Below are positions 11,222-22,594 of a stretch of 64,000 nt of DNA, piece after piece. The notes beneath the pieces were generated by a model, which saw only the letters and a list, made by a program, of their open reading frames with translations, was not told the origin of the DNA and ran no database searches. The stretch covers positions 186,001-250,000 of the forward strand of contig JAPEUD010000024.1 of NCBI GenBank assembly GCA_026026165.1, read 5' to 3'. Each line of letters starts with the position of its first letter. The stretch's first letter is position 1. Made by a program: the position numbers and the translations under genes. The DNA is from Sarea resinae (taxonomy: Eukaryota).

Positions 11222-11972
11222 GCGCGCTCGTTGTTTAAATAGTTCTTTGAATAGATCGTTGGTTCGCTTACGCGGTTCTCGTATTTTCGTGATTTTTTTG
11301 CTCTGTTTGCTCTAAACGGGACCTGTGTAGAGAGAGAAGCGTGTCGAGAGTGTCGAAAGGAGCGAGTGCGGAATCATTGGATGTCATGGTCCGTTGTGGG
11401 AGGGACGCTGTCCTGTTATAGTAGGTAGTGTTGAGGATGACAAGTAATCCTATCGAGAAGTCGCTGCGTACTTGCCTTTCTCAAGAGAGAGTTTCGGCAA
11501 ATGCAAATCAAACGACGTAGCGGGCTTCTTGTTCTAGAGATTCGTAAACGGGACTGTAGAAAAGAGCAGGGTCTTATGGACTTGATAGGTAGTAAGTAGT
11601 GAGGACTGACCAGGATGGCATGACACTGGGAGACTAGACTTATGCTGGTTCAAGGCGATCAAAGATCAAGATGCATTTGAGCTACTCGAATGGGGGGACC
11701 TATCGGCTCATAAGTGACTATGTGACACTAAATCCCGTGGATACTTCTGCGTCTCTGACCTTGGACCGCGGGAACCTACTAACAGCCGTGCGTCTAGGAC
11801 AATTCATACCATTGGTTTTTCACCTGTGACCTGCTTCCTCGCTATCTGGACGTGGTGGGAAGCGTGCTACTGCTGCTGCTCCTCTACCTGCTTGTACGAC
11901 CTATCTGTCTCATGCACATAAGGCACGGAAAATGTAATTTGAGATTTGATTTGTCAACCGCAGTATGATACA

Positions 11973-13747
11973 TCAGTGTGCTAAGACATGCGATATTCTG
12001 TGGTTTTGCTATTAGTATGAGCTCGAGTTCAGACACTAAAGGGAATGTAGGGAAATATTCACCTACTAATACTCTCCCTCAGGGTGTCCTCCTCGACACA
12101 GAACACTAGACAGAATCTACCTAGATTTAGGGCGTGATATGCTTCTCTTGTAGACTTGATAACACCTGACTAGCTGAGGCGCTTAGAGAGCAGTCTCTTA
12201 GCGGCCCACCTGTCTCTATCAGCTTCGCTAAGGGGGAGATAGGAGCTTAAATCAAGCTATAGAAAGAGGCCTGCATTGCTAGGTGGCTGTCAGATAGACT
12301 AGATCGTTCACAGTGCAAGACTTTGCAGTGATAGTCTGACATATATGATCACTTACCCTCTTTAGTGATAGCTAATGCCTAAGTGAGTAAGAAGGTCTTC
12401 TGCAAGCAAACAACTCTAAAGCAGCAGAGAGTGTGACTTCTGAAGAAACTGCGTGGCAAACGCTTGTTCCTCTAGGAATTTAGCTGCCAGGTCTATAGAT
12501 AACTGAGAAGGCGAGTAGAAACGACTGATAGAAAGGTATGAGTCGCTATCCTAAAAACATCGACAGAAGTGATTCACTATATGGCTCGCGTGGCCTTACT
12601 AAAGTCTTGGTTCACGGATATAACGCAGCCTAGCCGCATCCCGCCTGCACTAAAGTCCTAGTGACAACGTCATTATTTGCATTCACAAGGGACAGTTAAT
12701 TTAGTCCCTTACCTTCGACATGCCATAAAGCACGTGGACCTGACCAGAATCGATGATGCCAGTAAGGTCGATCGCACGAACCGATGTGAAGTTTTCTGGC
12801 GGGCGATCATCTCAATTATAGACCGAGAGAGCGTAGATTGCATCGCTAATGAGGTGAATTCCCTTGGAGGTACATAGTTGTAGTAGCCCTACGAGCGTTG
12901 CGCGAGGGTAACATTGCCCTGGGCGGGAGTCAGTTGTCCGAGGCTTGACCTCTAATACAGGTCAGTCAGCTTATTCACCCAGAGGATTGTGTGGGCTGCA
13001 AATCATCAGCGCTCTGACGTTACATCCACGTGCTTTCGCTGCTTCAAATGCGGCGTCAAAGGCGGCAACGCAAGCCGGTGAGAACTGGTCTGTATCCCCA
13101 ACGGAGACGTACTCCAGGTTGATGCTTCAACAAGAGAGCCATTAATGCTCGAGCTTGAGCTAATGGCGAGACCCTACTCACCCCGTTCTTGGGGTAAGAT
13201 CTCTGTAGAAAACCCCATATACTGGCCTCCCCAGCATGATAGTATCATGTTGATCTGGGTCACAGGTAATCAGCGCGCAGACTTCGTTCAGATCCGTGAC
13301 ACCAGCGGCAATGGTGATTTCCTCGGGGTCAATGTCTTGCATCGGCTTGAAATGGGCGTTCAAATGTCTCGACATTGCGGTTCGCAGCCGCAGTGTACCA
13401 GTGTAGCCTTCCCCGTAGGCGCAACATAGCTTATCAAAGTGGTTCTTGATGGACATGGAGGTCTCAGCAACCCGAGGACCGCAACTCGCCGCCCAGCAAA
13501 GGACGAAGGACCTCTTACATGTGTTGATGAATTGAGCCAAGTCGTCATGCATGAGCCACTGCGGGCTCGTCAGCGGTCATGCATCCCAAGTTGATGACTT
13601 TCCAGTCGGGCCCCATGTTCTCAAACCTACGTTCTCGGCATTGGCAAAACTCACAGTGCCTCTTGGATTGTGCACCCGGTTGTAGGCATCCTGTTTACCA
13701 TGGGAAAAGTCGATCTTTGCCCAGTGTGCTCCTCTTGCTGATAGCAT
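11973..13747 (-). pseudogene. PLP-dependent aminotransferase class I/II (ACC-synthase-like) pseudogene
   Basis: Spliced translation gives NPRGTVSFANAEN, YGEGYTGTLRLR, PHNPLG, IHLISDAIYALS, YGMSK|DF, RLG, NAGLFL*LDL; in-frame stops at 12812, 12416, 12362, 12257, 12170. Confidence 0.85.
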
Positions 13748-14542
13748 CGTCTTAGCTGCTCGTCCCCGAACTTGCAACGTCGGGCCCGAGAGCACTGCTT
13801 CTCGCCTTTGATCTGAACGAGATCACGGAAAGGATTGGCGAATTGTAGGCTCCGCTATGAACGACCGACGGTAGTTGTTCCGGGTCTGAGGACTACGTTC
13901 GAGCTTGAGAGTAGCATCTGAAGGATCTATCGCGTCGAATAGAGGGAGGGGTCAGCCCGTCAGCCCCGTCCGGTCAACCACGGCGGTCGATCCTGCGAGA
14001 CTGCAATCCCGGACCTTCAGCCCAGACCCGGGACCTGGATCTGGACCCGAAAAGACGGCATAACCCCACCATATCCCATTCCCTGTTCAGCCAGCTCTGC
14101 GCGGTGAAGTGGTAAAGGACACGTCTCGCACCCGTCAACTGTAGCTTTATGCGGGGATAGAGTAGTCCACTATGCCGAAGAAGGCAGTCTGCTTACCAGC
14201 TTCTTCGGCTACCTGCACCTGCTTATGTTCAATACTCGTATGTGCATCATATAATTGGCTTCACCGATGATACGAGTAGATCTCCACTACTCCTGAGCTG
14301 TATCTTTGGTTTCCCTGGATGGAGATCGGCGAGCGCAGGCCAGACACCTTGGCCCCAGAGTCAATAGCATAGGCACCCCTCGCGTACTAAAAAGAGTCGT
14401 TGTCATCCATGGATGCGGCTTTCTGCCGGTTATAGCGCATTGCCCAGTAGCCTGCGGCTGGCCCGTCGTCTCGCCTGTCTAGTACCGAGGAAGGGCTATA
14501 CTTAACTATACTTAAGGAAGTTGGAAGGAAAAAATGTCAAAA

Positions 14543-14661
14543 ACATACAGCAGCGGGTATTCGCTGGTCGTCACCGACCCAACTACTAATCCGCCGGTTT
14601 GTGGTTTGAGTACAGGAGAGCGGACGGGATCCTCTATATTCCACAACCTATGGCCGTATGT
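14543..14661 (-). rRNA. Dispersed 5S rRNA gene (119 nt)
   Basis: Reverse complement ACATACGGCCATAGG...CCCGTCCGCTC...TTAGTAGTTGGGTCGGTGACGACCAGCGAATACCCGCTGCTGTATGT matches the ascomycete 5S pattern; terminal stem ACATAC/GTATGT; T-run terminator follows; TATATG at about -30. Confidence 0.96.
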
Positions 14662-16098
14662 GACAGAGTATCATTCGTCTCCATACATATACCCACTTTT
14701 CTTCAAACATGGGAAACCTTTTCCTATGCCGGCAATTAATATTCGATCCCGGTCTTGACCGTCGCGCTACGCTACCTTCTATCAACAGCTTCGGCGCACG
14801 TCAAAGTTCGAACATACAGAGACCTCCAGCTGTGTCTCCCTCAGATAGCTGTAACGGCATACAATACAGATGCGAGAGCGTCGTATTGGCCAGCTGTCAA
14901 GTCTATGGGGGAAAAAGCCCGAAAAAAGAATGAGCAGGGTAGACCCAATCCGCGAGAGGCGTAAAAACGCACGCCCTGAGCCAGTAAGCCAGCCTCTCTC
15001 GAGACAGCGGCACACAACACCACGCGCATGATTTCGGACCGCCTACAAGCGAGCAACCCACCCATTCAGACTGCCCATCTGTTGCCTCCGACGCCAGAAC
15101 CATCTCGATCTCATGTCCCACGCAATTCCGACGGCTCATTCTCGTTCCCGGTAAAACAGAGAGACAGAGACAGCGAGATCGCTCACACAGATAGGCTGGC
15201 GGTCCTGTCCTCGACACGGTCTGATATCCTCCCTCCCACCCCGGGCCCCCGCATCCCATCCCACCCTACTCTGGGAATACTCGTCCCGGCATATGTGTAC
15301 TCCTCACTTCCATCTTCGTACATACAGGGTGATCAAGCCGCTTGGACTGCCCGCCGGTAGGCATTATTGTGTGTGTGCGTTCATATAGCCTGGAGTCTAT
15401 CTAGATCAAGTGACAATAATATATCGGCGTCTCTGGTCTTGAGAGCAAGGAACAGCAAGTAAGAGCATACAAAGAGCACGCGTAGCCCTAACCCATATAA
15501 CCAAGCCCCCTAAACCATAGAATCACACATAGTCCTCGTCGCCTTGCTAGACGCAAGAACACTTACACACCAAGGTCAATATCAAAAGAAGAAAAGCACT
15601 CTATCTCGCATCACCACTTCAAAATCGAGGACTTCTCAAAAGGATCCAGGAAAACCATCCACATGCTTGCGGGTTGAGGAACCGCAAGCAATTTTACGTT
15701 AATGGAAGATGGGAGGAGAACGATGATATATGTAGATTCTAATAGATAATCTCGGAGCTTTACTCTCCTTAGAAGAGCTAAGCTACAGACGACCATCACT
15801 GTCACCGCCGCCGCCGCCATGTAATTTAAACGAGGCGCCGCCTTGCGCGCATGGTGGAAAGGGATGGGATATGCTTGACTGTGTGAAATGAAGAAGAACC
15901 CGTCCAACCTCCCGACGCCCCGAGAAGAAAAAGGACAGAACACCACTCATAGTACAAGGCATTCCAAGAGGACAGAAAGGCATGATAACGAGATTGGCCA
16001 GCACGCCTTCCAGTACAAAGTAACTTGCCACCAGTCCATTGCCACAAAGCTATACCAAGCGAAATCTAAACCAAACCAGACCCAACCAAAGCAGATGA

Positions 16099-19000
16099 TC
16101 ATGTCGGCATCATACCAATCCCACGGGGCCCCTTACCACCCCCTCCACCCCCTTTTGAGCCCCCATGGGCCTTTCTGGAGAAAGCGGATGCGCTGGAGCT
16201 ACCCGCCCCATTACTTGCCTTGGACTTGAACGTCTTTTTCTTAGAGATCCCAGCTGGATATGCTCCCTCGTTTGACGCTCCGGAAAAATTTCGAGCCCCG
16301 TCTTTCTTTCCCTTTAAACGCCGACCACCTCCTTTTGCGAACCCCCCACTTCCACGAGCACGCCCACCCTTGTTAGGAAATTTCGACTGAGTCGGCTCCG
16401 ATTGAGGCGGCAGCACAGGCTTGGCGCGAGGAACTGGGTCGCAATTAGTTTCCCTGCTGCTTTCTTGTCATTTCAAACTTCACTCACAGTGAGCATTGAA
16501 AGCTTCCACTTCTGGAGCAACTTCGAAATATTGACTCCGCTCTCCCTGCTGTGATAAATCATCCAAATCCAATTCATCCCATGTGCCATCATCTTCTCCA
16601 TCACTGCTAATATCAATGACGTTGCGGTGATTCGGATCGATGGGTCTATCCTCTCGTTGCCGCATCATATCCTGGTAGACGTCGAAGGATCTTCTGATGA
16701 TCTTCAGGAAGTCGTTCCCGTAATATTTGACTTTCTCCGGGTCGATATCTTTGATCTCGAGTAATTCTTCATGGTCTGTTCGTCATCAGTCAAATATCCT
16801 TTAAAAAGGATACTGCAGGGTGATGATTTATGATACTGACTTTTGGGAAAGGTCATAGCTATGTCCGTCAGAACAGTATCGGTAAATGGATGTGCACGAA
16901 GACCCTTCTGGATCAAGATCTAAGAAATGAATGGTCAGTTACATGCCAGCACAGCCAGATTGCTAGCGATCTTATACCTTGTCACTGAGTTGCTTTGCTT
17001 GCACCATGAAGTCCTCGACAATGAACTGATGGACTTCATTCAGACAGCTGATCCTCTGGTCTTGAGTAATCGGTGGGCCCAGCTCTCTCCTCGTATCCTT
17101 TCTCGGTTTTCCGGCCACACGGATAGGCTCGAATGCATCTTCGTCAGAATCTTCTTCGAATTCTTGGGCCAGCTCAAGCTCGTCGTCAGTCACGACGAAG
17201 TTGTCTCGTTCGTAGCCATTGCTGTGCAGCTCAAGCGCGTTAATCTCGGGTCGTAATCGGGCAGCACGTTTGCGAGATGCTGCTTCTTGGACAGGCGAGG
17301 ACACATTCGTGGACTGTGGATAGTCGTGACGAGCTGCAGTAACACCAGTATGTTTTCCGACACTTTTGCTGGGCTCGGCAGGCCTTTTGGATTTGTTCGT
17401 GGGTGAAATGGCTACTTGGATTCTTAATCGTCTCGCCTTGCGCATATATTCGCTACAGTTCTTGCCCAGCTGAAGACGTCAGATGAAAGCCAGGGATCTG
17501 GGCGGATTGAAACTTACGCGTACGTACTGAACAGGGAACTTCCCCCTATTAGCCACATTGATCTCTTTGATAGCATTCTCAGCAAGGAGCCGATAGAATA
17601 GGCGCTCTGCTTCTCCACGGTTCAATTTCGATCCCACCCCAAATTCCGGAAGGTCTGAGTACTGAGCCTTGTTTCTCCCCGCACCTCGAAAAATATCAAC
17701 GCAGGCTAAAAGGGTCACTTTTCCTTCCTGGAGACGTTTCACCAGGCTAAGCGCAGACGAGGCATAGTCAGTGAAGTCATGACTCTCAAAGACACAGTCC
17801 GAATTGCAGTTGTCGCAACCGTTATTACAGTCTTCGCGCCGGAAATGCTCGCTGAAGTATGCGAGAATCTGAACTCTTCTGCAGTCGCTCTTGTTCTCGC
17901 AAAAATAAGTGACGTTTCGAAGCATCTTCCGCTGGCGATCCTTCTGCTCGTAGCTCCCTTCCCCGTCCTCTATCATGCGCTGTAAAGCCCCTATATCCTG
18001 GTAACCGTAGAAGAGATAGCAACCTGATCGTTTGCCATCTCGTCCGGCTCTGCCCGTCTCTTGGTAATAGCCTTCCAGGCTCTTTGGGATGGTGTGGTGA
18101 ATCACAAAGCGGACATCTGGCTTATCGATACCCATTCCAAATGCGATGGTAGCGACAATTACATGGTACTGTCCAGCCTGCCATGATCTCTGGACGCCGG
18201 TTCTTTCCTCGGAGTCCATCCCTGCGTGATAGTGGCGGGCCTGGATTCCGTATTCTTTACATAATTGTTCGGCCACCTTTTCGCAAGTCTTTCGCGAAAG
18301 ACAATACACTATGCCGGACTGCTTTTTGTATCTCCCTATGATGCTTGCCATTTCCTCTATAACATCCTTCGATTTGCCCTTCTTGAGGACTTCATATGTG
18401 AGGTTTGGCCGATTGAAGCTCTGCGTAAATGTTTCGCACCCTTCCATTCCGAGATTGTGGATTACGTCGACCTTGACATTTTCAGTCGCCGTTGCGGTCA
18501 ATGCCATCACTGGGACACCCGGAAACTGGCTTCGAAATTCACCCAAAAGCTTGTAATCAGGACGGAAATCATGGCCCCACTGACTGACGCAATGAGCTTC
18601 GTCGATGACTAGACGAGCTAGTTTTCGGTTTTCGTGCAAACTTTGAAATGCACTTATCATCGCCTGGCTCTTGCTCACCATTTCGGGAGTAATATAGAGA
18701 AGCTGGATGAATTTGTCGACACGAGAATTCCGCAACTGGCTGAAGATAAGTCTGCGTTGTTCGGCGGTGACTTCGCCGTTGATAAAGAAGGCCTGGATGT
18801 GAAGCTCCTGGAGATGCTCTACTTGGTCCTGCATCAGACTCAAAAGTGGCGATACGACTACAGTGACTCCACTAGTCTTCCCTTTGGTGATGATAGATGG
18901 CAATTGATAGCAGAGTGACTTTCCGCCCCCAGTTGGCATCAGCACGAAGGCATCATTGCCAGCTAAAGTTGCATTTATGGCCTCCAACTGATTTTGACGA

Positions 19001-21965
19001 AAACCCCGAAGATGGAAACGCTCTTTCAGCGCTGCCTTCACCTCGGGAGACCACGCATAGCGCATCATTGAGCTTGGTGATGGATTTGAGGAATGTGGTT
19101 CACACGCGCCCTTATCAATTTTCTGTCCGGATCTGTTAGACAATGCCTGATTGCCCGAAGTTTCGGCGAAAACTTGTCTTGGCTCCGGCCGTCTTTCAGA
19201 AGCGTGAAAAGATCTATTTTCGAGGTCCTGGGCCATCTCAAGCATCTCGTCATCATCGTCATGCCCATAGTCATCAAAATCATCCTGCATGTTGGCTGGG
19301 CTACCCATATTTCTGCTGTACGTAGGTTCGTCATCATCTTCGAAATCGTTCTCATCAAATCCAAAATCCATGCCACCACTAGCGTCGTCCATATCTTGCT
19401 CAGCGCAGAACTGTGGTGTGCTATTCTGTACTTTAGGGACTTCGGCATTCAAAGCCTTAATTCGGGTACTTATTTGGCGCGTTTGAGGCGAAGGAATGGA
19501 AGAGATGTTAGCCATGTTTTGTCCCGCTCCTGCTCGTACTAAAGCTGAAGGACTACGCGGTCGATCTCTCTGCTTGGTTGGTGAGGAGCGCGCTGTATGA
19601 TCTCGAGCGTATGCTGGAGTTGTAGCTCGCACGGGTGATCTGCGCTGAGACTGGCCATAATTATTCGTGCCAATCGTCGGTTTGGCTTCGTACAGCGGCG
19701 AAATATGACCCATTAGATCCCTATTCGAAGACTCGTAATCAAATTGGGGTTCAGCCGCCCTCGTGTATGGCATTTGAGTCTGCCGAACAAGGTCTGTCGG
19801 TACCAATGCATCTATGCCTTGGGCCCCGAACGCAGGTTCCTTAAGGCTATTGACTTCCGGTGATACTTGGGTAGATCGCACCATGACATCCCCAAATTGG
19901 AGAGGATTGTGTTTTTCGAGGTCTACCAGACTCTCAAATACGACTCGGCTGAAAGATGCGTTTCGGAGCGATGCTGATACTGCTATCTCGATGTCTTTCA
20001 GAGCTCGATTCGTAATTAAGATCGCATCCCATGTCTCCTTATGATCAATCATTTCCCCTCCCGCATCCAAAGCATCGAGCAGTTTTGTTCTTAGCTCGTT
20101 TGCCTTATTGGCCAATGTCTTATACTGTTCCTTGGTCTTGAGGATCGATGCCAGAACATCTATTTGAAGTCTGATAGTATCGGCCTGTTCCTTCAATAGT
20201 AGTGGCATTTGAAGCGTTCTCGCGTCAACCTTTCCATAAATTGCCTCAGAGGTCTTCCTAAGGTCGGCTTTCTTTTGGCGAATGCATCCCTCAATGGTGT
20301 TATCAGCGATATTAAGAGCCCATCGGGAAAGATCTTCGTCACTTTCGGGTCTATCGTCAGATGTGGCAATTGCAGTGGTATTCTCCTCCTTCGATTGGTG
20401 TTGCTCGAATTTGGTTGAATTGTGGTGAGAAGGTGGTGCCGCAATTCGGCTTCGAGATGGGGACGAGCACTCTTTCGCTGTTATACTAATCTCGCAGCCA
20501 GTATTGGCTGCCTCGAAAGTTGCAGGCTTAATAGGACTTGAGCTATGTTCAAACTTCCTATGGCGAGGTGATGCGGCTGGCTGGAGCGAAGGACTGGCTG
20601 TTCCGTTGATGGAATCACCAACGGCAAGATCAGATATCGTTTCAACTTTGGCCAACTCATCCTCTTCATCTTCCGAATCCGCAATAATTCTCGTCTTTGG
20701 TTTCTTCAACTTGGTCTGGCGTTCGTCTCGAGCGATGGGTTCTTCTGACGTAGATAAATCGGCTTTACCCTGCCTCTCTTGCGGGTAGGTCATGCGCGGT
20801 ATAGTGCGTAGTTTGCTGCCTCCACCCTCATTCCCTTCTGGCGTCATTCGATGAGATACATCGTTCCTCTCCGCCTTCGTCGGTTCATTACCCGAAGAGT
20901 TCGTACCAAAGGATCTTCTTTTGCGTGTCTCAAATCGAATTCGTGTCTCCATAATACTATATTCTTCTCTCTCAAAGTCATCTGCTGAATTAGAATGCTG
21001 CGTTGTGTACTGCGTACAAGGTCGTTTGACACCTGGGTGAACCGGAGAGTATGGCGGCGGTGGCTCATCGAAATTTTCGATTGCGACAAAATCGGAGAAG
21101 GTAGGCCGTTCATCCTTAGTAGGGCTCGCTGAAGCTTCGGTCCTTCCTTGGAAGAGAGGTGATCGCATATCCGAGGCATATTCCTCGCTCTTTCTCTTTC
21201 TGGCTCTCCTCCCTAGCGGCTCCTGTCGAGAAGCAGAATCCTCCATCCACAATGGCGTAGGTTCTGTGAATGTTTCCACAGTGTCGGATGAGGTGGCTAC
21301 AAAGTCCGAATCTCCTGTCAAATCGATGGCATCAATGCGCGTGGGTGTCTTGGCTAGAGGAACTGCGCCCAAAAACCGACCAGAGAGAGGCGTTGACGGT
21401 GTTCGTTGCTCAGCATTGGCTAAGGATCGGGTACCGCGGCCATTCAAGGGTGATGCTTGTCCTGGCTACAATCAATATGGTTACAGAGGAGAGGGTTCGC
21501 GGAAACGCACTCCGACGGACGCTCGATGAAAGTTTGTTGCGGACATCTTCGACCGGCCTGCGGGGCGCAGGTCTTGCACTCTGCGCTGTGTAATCCACAC
21601 TCAGCAGTTGCGACCTCGTCGCAGACCTTGGCTCCGTTTGCAGTCGGGCCATTTGCTGGCTTTGTTCTTCAGCATTTGAAGGGTCCTGCGACACCTGACC
21701 AAGTCGGCGGGGCCGCTCGGGTGGCTCTGCAACAAGAGGCGCCGTGCGGGAACTTGAAGTTGAAGAGGCTGCATATGTTAGAGAAGCCATCAATGTAATC
21801 GCATATATTCAGGCACGACTCACCAGCACCTATCGAAGCTTGAGAGGCCCCCGGAAGGCTTGAAATCGAGCCTAGCGAGGGTGGAGGTGGCCCGGCCGGA
21901 GGCGGCACGAATGGTCTTGTTCTGAGCAACCAAGAAAGGTGTTGGCTCAGATTGCTCCTAGTCAT
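16099..21965 (-). CDS. sgs1: RecQ family DNA helicase (Sgs1/BLM/MusN/QDE-3-like), multi-exon
   Basis: MPTGGGKSLCYQLP, DEAHCVSQWGHDFRPDY, ATIAFGMGIDKPDVR, YYQETGRAGRDG, Zn-binding CRR..CDNC, winged helix, HRDC-like exons, Gly/Lys-rich tail; N-terminus MTRSNLSQHLSWLL. Confidence 0.95.
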
Positions 21966-22101
21966 GAAGCCTAATCATGCCCCGTCAGAAGAAGTCATCT
22001 GGAGGCTATCGTGGAAGCAAAGTGCCAAATCTGATAGCCAAATGCGTGGCCAACAATCAGTCAATCAATCGACTTCCGGGACTGTCGTTTACCTTACACT
22101 T

Positions 22102-22120
22102 TACTCCGGAGTAGACGCGT
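22102..22120. promoter_or_regulatory. Palindrome TACTCCGGAGTA plus MCB element ACGCGT upstream of RecQ
   Basis: ACGCGT at 22115-22120, ~150 bp upstream of a DNA-repair gene; motif match only. Confidence 0.45.
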
Positions 22121-22594
22121 CGGGTTGTCGTGTAGCGGAAACACCAAACTGACTCGCTTCACGTGATGCATCATTGCCCGGTCTTAGTCAGCAGGGCCGT
22201 ACTGCTCAGACGCCACAACAACCTTAATGGAACGTTTCGATCTCTACTCCGGAGTATTCGTACTTCCCTCCTGAATAGTCCGAATGCCTAGTTTCATGAG
22301 TCATCTTCCAATATCCTCCGTTTTTTACTTCGAATAAAATACATATCTCCCTAGATCTGATAATCCTACTATGACTATCAAGCTATAACTTTCAAAGACT
22401 TCTCCCGATAGTTTCCGCAAAGAGTGACTCGATTGCAAATTGTGTAATATCTGGTTTCAACGTAGCCAAAACAAATACAAGAATTGAGCATTGCTACCAG
22501 AGCATATTATGGACATTGCATGATTTCAGCAACTCTGAATTCACCAAGTTGTTTGGCGCAGTTTCCAGCCAATTACCTCCTCAAGCGGACAGAA

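Noticed and set aside
10139..11226. CRISPR array or known ribozyme/TPP riboswitch
   Set aside because: Eukaryotic context, 112-bp repeats with irregular spacing, no cas genes; no CUGAUGA/GAAA, hairpin-ribozyme loops, HDV P3/L3 or CUGAGA motif found.
11404..11520. Fourth copy of the mini-element
   Set aside because: Only TATAGTAGG and TTGCCT fragments match; no CA end or clean TSD.
7500..14661. Intact Starship or full-length transposon
   Set aside because: No tyrosine recombinase, transposase, RT or integrase ORF; 5S gene is not split.
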